From: Veleropilina oligotropha
Taxonomy: Eukaryota
Reading direction: 5' to 3'
NCBI GenBank assembly: GCA_048128005.1
Contig: JBEUKZ010000112.1
Span: 248,001 to 312,000 of the forward strand
DNA length: 64,000 bases
Shown: positions 11,201 to 23,200 of the stretch, piece after piece
Position numbering within the stretch: the stretch's first letter is position 1
Layout of the letters: each line of letters opens with the position of its first letter
Made by a program: the position numbers and the translations under genes
Notes under the pieces: model-generated
Told to the model about the DNA's origin: nothing
Databases searched by the model: none
The model's input: the letters and a program-made list of their open reading frames with translations, nothing else

Positions 11201-14200
11201 AAAAAACAAGGATCTCATCGAATCACTGAATGCGGAAAAGGTAGGACAAGATTATGAATGTAAACTAAAGGCAGTGATATGGAGGAGATATAACAGGTAA
11301 GTTAGGGTTGTTGTAGATTGGTGAGTATCCAGTTAACCCACCCTCGGAGGTTCCCTGTGCAATTTTTGACCGCTGTGACTGTTAAATCTGAAATTGTTTC
11401 TTAACCACATCTACTCCAACAACTTTAGAGCCTGCTATAGTTCCTAATCAGACTCTAACGGCTGAGCTAAAATTTCTCACAGCAGAATATTCTAATGGTG
11501 AAAATCACGGCCCGTGGCGAAAAATACTAAATTTCAATAAAGTAACTACAGTTTATCACTTACTTGCATTGGTATATGTTCCTTTATACCAAATAACACC
11601 GATAAGCTACTTGGAACACAAAACGGACCATTTTAACTTTTACAATGTAAACAAAAGACGGTCGCCATTTTGTGACGTTAGCATTTCGTTTGACGGTTAA
11701 ACATTGACAAATATTGTGTTTTATCATACATTATGACAACAAAATCACTAAAAACTAACAGGTATGTATATATTCATGCATATTTATACAATTTAAGTAT
11801 TTACTGATTGTTTCACTGTATTTTTAATTAGTAATTTGCTCCAAAATTGTTCCCGACGAAATCCGTCGGGAACCCGCTCGTCATAAAAGGTGCTTCGGAT
11901 ATATGAGGTAGGGTATGAAAGGCACGTCGACCCGGTCTCATATGATATAGGAGTAAACCACATCGTGAGTGTTGAAGCAGCATGGTCGGGTGATTCCATT
12001 GGAAAGGATGCTATTATACAGGGTTTGTTCGCTACCTGGAAAGGCCTAGGTTTGTTTTTTTGACCTGGAATGTCCTAAAAAAGCCTGGAATTTACTGATA
12101 ATGTCATGGAATGCCCTATAAAATCGTTTTATCATATTTATTTGTCTCACAACCTACATGTATTTACTTTTTCAGGTAGGTTATACATGAGAATTTATCC
12201 GATACATGATTGTCTTAAACTCATAAATATCATGAAATTTCAATGAATAATGTTCTGGAGGGTCCTTGAATTTTGTCAAAGCCCAAGTGAATGACCCCTG
12301 ATTATACCACTGGGACACTCAGGAATATAAGAGCGAGCACGAAAACTTTTTATTTGTATACATATTTATGGGGACTTGAGATTTTTCAGATGCCCTTGTT
12401 GCATTGGATGATTCAATAGCCGATTGACCGTAAGTTCCATTATGGCGATGGAAACATATATGCTAATGTTCACTATACTATTATTATCCCTTTAATTTTG
12501 CAGGATAACAGTGAAGAAATTTGCGATAAGCTGTTTTTGGAATCCGAAAAAATTACTGATATTTGTCACATGGTGTCAGAGATGTGCTCCAATGTTGACA
12601 GTGCTTCATGTGATTTTGAAAACGTAACGGACATGTTTAAAGACTTGACTGAATGGCAAGAGGTGGTGGACAGCATAGCCAGCCTGAAGGTCGGCCACCA
12701 TGCGGAGGTGGAGAGGCTGCACACCGATCTGCAAGACGCCGATACCAGGATCGAAGCCATTCAGAGCCAGCAATTGGCCCTCCAAGACGAGATCTGTCAG
12801 TCCGGGCTGGTGCAGGGGGGCCTCGAGGAGGAGGCGAAGGAACTGCACGCCGACCGGGCGACCATGAAGGGAAAACTGGATGCCCTGAGACAGCAGGCAG
12901 AGTGGCAGAGGGTTCAGCTGACCAACGAGGTGCAAGAGGCCGCAGCCGAGAAGTACAAGAGTCTGGGGAAACTGTCCGCACTGACCACTGAACTAAAGGC
13001 GAAAACACAGAAACTGGCGGAAGCAGATTCAGAAATACAGAGGTGTGTATGGAATCTATGGATTCATTTTAAACGACATTGTGTAAAAGGTAAAAGTTTA
13101 TAGTCAATGAACGATCCCGACTTTGACCCGAATTCTGATTGGCGTCTGTTACAAATGCTATCACAGAAAGGGGTTTTGCTATTTCTGAGCGACATGACAT
13201 TGTATATTAAACAAACAACAACACGTGCTATATTGACTATTCATAACATTTATTCTTAACTTTAACCAGGTTTGTTTATTCAGATAGTAAAATTGCAGTA
13301 CACTTATGATTTGTACATATATAATACATTCCCGTTTTGCGAGACAATGACATGCCGACTACGACCAATTAGGCCGTCAGCGACTGTGACCTAAAACCCT
13401 GACTTCCGAAGTTCGGCCAGCATATTTATGTCTAGACATCACCAAATGATATATTTTATACCAATATTCCTGAAAATTTCCTTGCTATTAAACGAAATTA
13501 TGTATATTAGAGCTATCTTATTAACAGGCATATTTTATACATGAATAATAGTAAATGGTTCGGTGTTTGACAAATTAATGTCCTGACAGCACATATAATA
13601 TTTATCATGACGTGAATATCAACACTAATGCCAACTACTGGTAAAAGTGCCATTTTACTCATTCACCTCTGGTGCTCTTTGTTCACAGTGAAAAATTTCT
13701 AATTGTGTATAATTTATTAATGCATACTATTATTCTTGCAGACTAGGAAATGTAAAACAGAATGAAGACGTCAAATTAAAACAAGAAATCAGCAATTATA
13801 AATCCAAATTTGTGGACGCCGAAGAAAAGCTTGAAATAAAGAACAAAGAGGTGACGTATCTGGAATTGGAAATGAACCAGATATCAGCGGATTGTAAAGA
13901 TCTGCAATCGCAAATATCAACTTTAGAATCAGAACTTGTTCTGAATCGTCAAGAAATTATTGAAGTCAATGAGGAGATAACTGATTATAAGACGACGGAG
14001 CAGGTGCTAAGATCTGTGATCAACAGCAAAAGCGAAGAAGTCAAATCGCTGCAGGATGACCTTGAGATATCCAAGGAGAATAGAGATGTCGTCAAGAATA
14101 TTTGGGTGGAAGAAAAAAATGAATTGACATCCAGGCTATCGCACATCTCCTCTGAATACAGCAGGTGGGTTTATGCCTCATAAGCTTTAACAAACGTCAT

Positions 14201-17200
14201 GCTTGCAAACGATATCGCTCAAGGAAAAATACTAATAGTGATACTAAAATATTAACAGAATGTCATCTGTTTGAAAGATTCAAAGTTATGGTGTAAATGA
14301 AGCTCTTGACGAATTGAATATTGTTATACCATTGTAATGTAACTGCCGCACGTTAGCCAGACCTCCCATTAACTGAGTTATGTAGATTTTATGTCCCCTG
14401 TGGCATTCATGTTCAGGGATGGCTAGTATTTTTCAAGTTGAGCGTATCACCAACCAAGGGCATGGTAAATATATAGAAGTTTATCTCCCAAATGTTATGC
14501 GGTCATGTTTTCACTGATGGTGCATTACTAATGATCATTCAATTGGTTTGGCAATTTTATTTGTGTGTTTCCTTGGCAAAAACTTTCAAGAAGTGACAGT
14601 TTGTTGCAATAGTTCTAGGTTCCCTCTACATTATGAACTGTAGTATTGTCCTTGATGAGTAGCAATCTTGATTTTAGTTTCAAAGATGAGGCGATGAAGG
14701 ATATAAGCCAGATGACGGACGACAATGATCAGCTGAGTCGCGAGAACCAAGCGCTGCGGGAGGAGCTCCAGGAATTCCTGACCGACTTCAAGAAGATGCA
14801 GAGTGACATGCAGCAGGCGAGCGAGAAACTGCAGGAGAAACAAGAAGAGGTGCACCACCTGGCGGCGCAGAGGGACATGGCACTGCAGGAGCACCACAGG
14901 TAACGCACAAGTACATAGCACTGCCGGAGCACCTTGGTTAACGTGGTTAAAAAAATCGCAGTATTGCAGAAGCATCTGGTGGTGTGATGGAGTTTTAGGC
15001 CCGCGTTCACCTCATCGGCGTTTTAGCAGGCCAGTTCCTACAGGAACCACCGGTGACAAAAATAGATGTGCACAGTAAAAGTGTTATGCGAGAAGTACTT
15101 CTCACACAAGTGCGACACTTATGTGCTTTATGCTGTTCTCATAACAATTGCAGAAGCATCTCGGGTGAGACAAGGACACTGCACTCCAGGAGCATCTGAC
15201 GTACGGGAAAAGGACCCTGCACTGCCAGAGCACCTCAAGTAAGAGATGCATAACCTGGTGGCTCAAAAGGATGAATCACTGCAGAAGCATCAAGAGAAAA
15301 CAAATATCTAAAAGGCATCGATTGATGGTGAATGTCCCATTTTTAACAACCTTCAGGTTACCATGCCTAATCCGTAGTGTTATCGCAGTAGAAAATCATG
15401 GTAACCTTCCCTCACCGTCAGTTATGAACATATATGACTGTTAACTGAACAACGAGGATTCGAACCCATTGTTGTTTGGCAGAGAAATCAAGCGACTTAA
15501 TTCTGACAGCTACCAATATGGCAGAACTATTGTAGGAAGACATGCGTGCATCAGATCGAGGCATGAGAAGAGGAGAGATATAAAGCAAACAATTTTTACA
15601 GTATCATCACTTGGACCAATAACGTACACAAATTTATTTCAAGAAATTTTGATAATTTTAATCTGACTTCATTATGGTACATTCTAAATTTCAGGTACAA
15701 GGCAGATATGGAGAAATTGAATCATTTACTGAAGTCCCAGCTTGCAGAGGTTGAGAGTGAAAATTTGAAGTACAAGCAAGAAAGTGATGACCTAGAAGGC
15801 CAATGTCGCGAGTATCAGATGTGTTATGCAAATATCCAGGAGGATTTAGACAGGTGAGAAATCATAATCTAATCGATCTGATGTTCAGGATAAACAGTAA
15901 CCCTGTGATTCTGTGAATTTGAGGACACGTCAATTCCTGTGTCCTGTTTCTCTGTCAGATTCAAAATGTAAATATATGTGGTAGTGCTTCATTGTTTCCC
16001 CGAGCAATAGTAGGGTTTAGTCATCGTTCAGTTGCATCCGTGGCTGCCACAGAGATATCTTGTGTGCGCTCTACAGTGAAAAGTTCTATTTCCATTTGAT
16101 CCAAATTTGACATGCGCGTTAGTTATGATGACGACACGCCACTTAACGATTTTTGTCATTTTAATATTCACCATGGCCACCGTGGCGGCCATTTTGTTTG
16201 GAGAGATTTCTTTTGCACACTCTACAGTGAAACATTTTAGTCCGATTTGGTATGCGCATTAGTCATGATGAGGACACGACGGCTATCGATTTTCATTGTC
16301 GTGTGAGGGGATACACCCCCTCTACTTGCTGGGTGGAGGATTTGCTAGTTGTCTTCTTGCTGTTTTGTCTAGAATATATATTGCTGCTTCTGTGGTCAAG
16401 TGGGTACCGGAGTTGGTCCCTCATACTGACTACACTCCGCCAGAGTTGATTCGAGTCCTCGATCATAATGATAATGTAACGGAGGAGGAATGATGCTTAA
16501 TGTCCTGTATATTTACAACATCGAGGTTCAAGGCAGGACATGTCCGTGTTATCGCGGGAGGAAACCCCGGTCGCCCGGGTAAACCCGCCCTCTTCGGCCA
16601 GTCACTGACAACTGTGCTTCATAACTTGGACAAATGTGTGCTGCCTCAGCCGGGGGTCGATCCCACTACTGTTCGCGTCAGCGGAAACAAGCCAGTGAAT
16701 TTAGAGTGGACACTCTGCGCTACCGAAGCGGCCGATAATGTAACGGTCTTATATAGCGCATTATCACATGTCTCAATGCGCTGAACATTATATTATTACC
16801 CCTGGTTATAGCTTATAGGCCTGTTCCAATCTATATATGCCATCTCAAATCCCTCTGGGAGCATTACAGTCATTTACACGTGGGTAGCGCCGTGACTTAC
16901 ATAACTGCCAACCAGATACCCATTCAGATCGGCTGGGTGGACCGAGACAAATATATGCTTATTTCCTTGCCCAAGTGAAATCGCCGAGCTTTGGGGCGAA
17001 TGCGAGACTCTGTGACCAGAGTCCTGTGAACAACCCACTGAGCCACGACTTCGTCGAGTTAACCCACTGAGCCACGACTTCGTCGAGTTAACCCACTGAG
17101 CCACGACTTTGTAGAGTTAACCCACTGAGCCACGACTTCGTTGAGTTGAGCCACGATTGCGTCGAGTTAACCCACTGAGCCACGACAGCGTCGAGTTAAC

Positions 17201-20200
17201 CCACTGAGCCACGATGGCGTCGAGTTAACCCACTGAGCCACGACTTCGTCGAGTTAACCCACTGAGCCACGACGGCATCGAGTTAAGCCACGACGGCGTC
17301 GAGTTAACAGGGAGACTTATCCATAACTGGCTAGAGCATGTGGGTTTCTCATATTAGACCTGTCATGCTTCTCGTGATAATATGCCAAAATATGATGATA
17401 GATGTTAAAGCATTTGCAGAAAACGAGGGAATTCGTTTTCATTGTGTCAATTTTAGCTGATGATTATGGTTATTGCAAACTATACCAAATAATATTATGA
17501 AGGCTGTTCATTTTTAAGGCAATATATTCATTAACCTGGTTTATCAATTTCTCTTCAGCTATAAATCAGAAATGAACCAATTGGTGCAGTTGTTGAGACT
17601 GCAACTGGAGGAAGCGTCCATCGAGAACGATCGGGTCAGGCAGGAGAACGTTGGCCTGGCAGAGCAGCTACAGGAGGCTCAGACAAGCTACTCCACGATC
17701 CGGGACGAGCTCGAGAAGTAAGCAGAGATACAGATGGATTAAAATCATAACGGTACCTCGTTTCCATAGATGTCACAATGGATTTTAGTATATTTTTTGT
17801 GCAGTTCCGTGTATGACAAAGATTCCCGGCGTCACTCTGGTCTCTGGATCCGTGGTGCAGCATCATAACCACCTCTCTTTCTTTTGTTCAGTAAATGTAA
17901 TGGATGGCTGTTTATTCATTTCTCACCAATGCTAAGGGCATAATCGATTCACAAGTTCTGGTTGAAGAAGCATTAACCTTGGAAGATAGAAGATCCTGAA
18001 TAAATGGAACACTAACTGGTCATAAGTTGGTAACAAAATTAATGTGGCCGATCCTGGCACTGGGCGTGTAACAGGTGCAATCTTCGCCATAGTGTCCTCC
18101 ACAAAGCTGTGCAAAAGATGGAAAAAGCTATTCCTAAAAATGAACATGTCTACCGACATGAATCGATCATTTGAACGAGCTCTCCATGTTCCGAAAGATG
18201 TGAATCAATCATGCCCTATCTGTTTTGTGCTGGAGCTTTACATCCAGTATCGTTTCTTTGTCGTCTTTTCTCAGATTCCGGGCGAGCACTGAGTGCTGCA
18301 TACAGGAGCTGAACGTGGGCCTCACAGAGACCCGGAGCAGCCACGACACGGAGCGTGAGAAGCTGGTCCACGACCTGACCCAGCTGGAGAAGGAGAACGC
18401 CTTCCTGGAAGAGAAGCACCGGAAGTAAGCAGCTCGCATAGACTTCTACATGTTTATTTCAACGCCAGATCCAGCAATCGTTAAACATTTTACATTTTGA
18501 AAACTTTATTCTTTTGTACTATTTTTAAAATTAGTTTGTGCTATTGAAGAAACCAACTCCATATTAAAATGTATACATTCCTTTAAATGTGAGCGTTCTT
18601 TCTCGGTGAGCAGTTAGCGTGTCAGACTCTCAACCGTGACTGTTAGGTGGGCCCGAGTACGAGGTCAGCGGAAGCTCATTATACCACTTATAATAGAAGG
18701 CATATGCCGTTATATGTCAGTCGTATTGGAGTGAGACCTTAAACCGGATGTCTCGACTGCGATAAGACTGACACATTCTCAAATGTGGTCATTAAAATCA
18801 AACTGCTTTTCATGCCAACCTTTAAGTGTTAATGTAGCATTCTCTTTATGCGGTTTCTCGCTGCAGCTACCAGATAGAGACGGAGAGCCTGCTGCAGGAG
18901 GCCGACGAACACATGAACGCGATGCAGGCGCACTGCGAGGAGCGCGTAGAGTCCCTGGAGAAGAGGCTGGACCAGCGGCCACCCAGCGACAACGTGCAGC
19001 GGCTGCAGGAAGACGTGCAGAAGTGAGAATTCTGGTCATAATTTTACCCTCTGGATATTATTATGCCTTTGTCTCCATTTTGATGTGTTCGCAGCAATTT
19101 CTTGTGTACCCTCTAAAGTCAACAGTTATAATCCAATTTGCTTCAAATTTGATATGATCATTAGTTATGATGAGGTCAAGACCACGATTAATTTTGTGAT
19201 TGCCTCATTCAAGGGGGCGGCCATGGGAGGGGAATACACCCCGCCCCCGAGTTATGTACTCAAGGATTTTGATACTTTTCCTATGATGTTTGCAAAAAGA
19301 GCTGACCCATACGACCACCTAAAAATAATATAATTTTGGTAATCCACTCGAGTTGCTATATACAGAATCAAACTCCTTCCATGCCGTTTGTTAGTTAAAG
19401 TTCAACAGTGATTACATTGCACAAAGTCCTGCATATTGTCTGCACAAGCCTGCACTTTTCGACATGACAGTTTTTTTCAACAATGGTGCTTAATCTACCA
19501 TATAAAATTAATGACAAATGACCTCCATGTCTACCTGATTTCATAGTAATAGTAATGTTAAATCAAATGGCTCTTTTTATGCCCCCATCAATATATTGGG
19601 GGGCATTTAGATTTACCCCGAAAACCAGTATTTGCTTGCAACTCCATTTTGCTATAACAGTGGGGGTATTCGTGCCCCATGGACATGTCCTCAATTTCCT
19701 GACATGTTATAAGCCTTAGGATAATTTGGTGTATAATTATAATATTCTACTGCAACGTGGTTTATTCTAATACTCCATTTTCTTTGTCAGGTGGCGGACG
19801 CTCTTTGAGGAGTTACAGATTAAGGTCACCCCATTCATGGATCAAATCGATATGTTTGAGATGGAAAAGCAAATCCTGTTAGGTAATTTAATATCAGTGT
19901 GTCCTGTCGTCAGTCTGATCATAAGAGGTGCTATGATTTTAATCATATCAATCTATTATTTATCACATGACAGCTGTTATGGAACGGTACAAGCCATTCC
20001 ATAAATTTCTATACAAAAGGCACATCTCATAAGTATGCAAATGAGGGCGAACATGACGCCCGGTCATCGCATCTGGCGCCAAGTTGATTAGGCGGTGTAT
20101 CACCCTCATTAACATATTGAATAATTCATACGCGTTGACTCGTCGATTACTGGCGTTGAATTATTTTTTATTGGCGTACTGGCGTGGCACGTTCTTTCGA

Positions 20201-23200
20201 TGCGTCTGAGGCAATGGCAGTTTATGGCTGAAAGTACTGACAGAAATTAGTTTTAAAACGTAAAGAAATGCGTTTAAAAACGCAATAAAATAAGTTTAAA
20301 GGTAAATAAAGTCATGTGATAAAGAAGATATGAAACTTGTGTCCATTTCATATGAGAATTATGAAACTCGTCAACAAATTTATGTACCTCGCCAAGGCTC
20401 GGTACATAAATTGTGCCCGACTTGTTTCATAATTCTCATATGGAATGGACACTCGTTCAATATCCTCTATATATTGTTGATGGATGGATGGATTGATGCT
20501 TAATGTCCTGTATATTTACAACCGTTAGATTCAAGGCAAGACATGTCCATATTATTGTGAGAGGAAAGCCCAGTCGCTCGTGGAATCCCTCCCTCAGTTA
20601 CGGACAACTCTGATTGATAACTGAACAAAGAATGTTAATGCTACAGCTGAGATTCGAACCCACTCCTGTTATTTAGCGCAATCGAGCCAGTGATTTCGGA
20701 GTCGGCACTCGATACCACACGATATTGTGTTCATAAGGGACTAGAGTAAAATTAAAGAATATACTTCACTTATGCGTAATAAGAGCATTCACCGTTTATA
20801 TCTTCTCCATTGTTTTATAAGACATTCTTGCTTTTCATTTATCTCCGTACTGCCTTCAGGTCGGAGTGCTAATGCACAGAGCGAGGTGGAAAAGTTGAGC
20901 AGGGATTACGCCAAGCTGCTCGGCCACCAGAATCAGAAGCAGAAGATCAGGCACGTGATCAAGCTGAAGGAGGAGAGCAACTCCATGAAGATGGTAGGTA
21001 GTCAAGGTAGAAGAATAGCAATACCGAGATCTGCTATTTCTTTCTCCAAATATGATCGTATGTTATTACGCTGTAATATTAATAGCTTTTAATATTAAAT
21101 CTCTCTCATTACATATTATTACATGGGTAGAATGTAGGCATTTGACTTGCTTCATACATTCTGTATGACTATGTTTGGCGTAAATTAATGTAAAAACAAA
21201 TATATTCTAGAAAAAATAAAAAGTTACCTTTCAGAGTCTAGTAGATTGCTGAACAGAGCTTTCGTAACCATCGCGGTCACTTCATCAGTGTAGCGTGGCA
21301 CGTATTCCTCCGCATCACATGACCAACACAGGGTTGACCATGTGACAATAGCCTGCTATAGATGACTGGCAACTCTTGAGGGTGGGTGACTCGGTCCTGA
21401 TCTCTATGGACTCACGAATTTTAACTCTCCATGTGTCTTCTTCTCTGGCGATAATCTGGACATCACCATTATTGATATTATGCTGGTGGTCCTGTGGGTG
21501 CTCGCCGACCGCTGTGAGGGGGGCACGTCTGCCTGTCTCTCCCACATAGGTGTTCTGACAATCAGGACAGGTGATTTTGTAAACCACTCCACACTTCTTC
21601 TCGTCCGGGTCTTGTCCTTCAGATGTACCAAATGCGATCTGATGGTATTGGTCGGCTTGTGATAGGTCAGGACTCCATGTTGTCTGAAAATGTTAGAAAG
21701 CTTTCCAGACATGCCGCTGACATATGGCAAACCCACACACCGAGGTCTTGATTGTTGTTGGCCATCAGGAGTGGTGGTAATGGGGTCTCAAGTACGGCAT
21801 TGAGGTAACTTGACGTGTTTACGTTCGAGATCTTTATCCCTGTCTGTCGTGACAAGTTGGTCCTCACGGTTGATTAATGTTCGTACTACAGACCGTTTGT
21901 GTTCAAGATGGTGGTTCGAGTTGAAATTTAAATACTGGTCGGTGTGAGTGGGCTTTCTGTATATGGTTATCTTGATGGTGGCATCTTCCTGGAGATGAAT
22001 GATGGTATCCAGGAAAGTAAGATGCGCCACTCTACACTGATGAAGTGACCCCGATGGTTACGAAAGCTCTGTTGAGCAATCTACTAGACTCTGAAAGGTA
22101 ACTTTTTATTCTTTCTATTATGATAACAGAGTCCGATAAAAACATCTATGCAAATATATTCTACATATTAAATAACTTAGTTGATGATAAGCATTGAAAT
22201 TCTAATGCAAGTGAATTGCTAAACATTTCCTAATAGGCTGATCATAAATGTAACCATGATCTTGCAGTTATATATTATTTTACGTAGATGAAAATCTATG
22301 CAACCTTGAATAGAAAAATAATATCTATGGAATCAACTATATATTACACTTGTAAATATGCCATTAAAGCCATTATTACCAAAATATTTGACCTCACAAA
22401 GCACTTTGTTTATTTGAATATTGCAGGAAGTTGGCAAGCTTCGAGAACAATGTTCTAAACAGAAGCGAACCATTCAAAAACTTGAGTCCAAAATAGATGG
22501 ATATGAAGGCAGAAAGCGGTTTGATCCGTCAAAATCATTCATGGCCAAAGAAAATGCTGTGCCACAGTCTCCACTGAAAGATGGTAAGCATGAACAAATC
22601 AGTACTTAACGATTGGATATTTGTAGCCGTTTTGTTATGATTTTTATCCCCCGCCCGAAGATATCGCGGGATATTGTTGTTGCTACTTCCGGACTTCCGT
22701 CCGTACATCTGTAAACTAGGTGGTTCAAGTTTTTAATGGAGTGTATATAGCTTGCCCATGAGACGTTTTGGCATATATATGCATTTGTAGGCATTATTTA
22801 AATGACACCTAATACTCTGGAACTGAGATTGCATAAAATTTAAAATAATTATTGCATAAATGTAGATGGTTTATAACAATGAAATTTTCATTGAGTGTAT
22901 ATTGGTTGCTCAAACAACATTTTGGTGTATATATATGCTTTGGTATTAATATTGATTTATATAAATGTCAACTAATACTATGGAGGTGATGTTGAAATTT
23001 AACATATTATTGCATAACAATAAGGGTTTGTGGACATAGATATTTTGGTTAAAGTTTTGTGTAAAGTTTTCAATGGGTTCATATGGGTTGTTCTAGGCAC
23101 TGTATTACATCCATATACTTTAGTGTTGACTATATTGATGTTGCCCCCTCATCTGCAAGTGATTTATAATATAAATTAAAGCTGCAAGCAGCTGTTAGGG

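Larger units (their letters stand above)
21210..22150 (-). mobile_element. 5'-truncated Penelope-like element with inverted pLTR ends
   Basis: Minus-strand RT C-terminus (FLD..IYRKPTHTDQYLNFNSNH, LPYVSG) and GIY-YIG endonuclease (VYKITCPDCQNTYVGETGR); ~90-bp inverted repeats at 21210-21299 and 22026-22117; 13-bp TSD CAAATATATTCTA at 21197-21209 and 22151-22163. Confidence 0.92.

Noticed and set aside
17032..17308. CRISPR-like 29-bp repeats
   Set aside because: Head-to-tail units without unique spacers, no cas genes, eukaryotic context.
20860..20993. KIF15 as the identity of the coiled-coil gene
   Set aside because: KIF15 shares the GHQN motif, but the flanking WR.L.EEL..K..PF, FE.EKQ.LL, FDPSK.F and PLK.GN motifs are HMMR-type; no motor domain is seen in the window.
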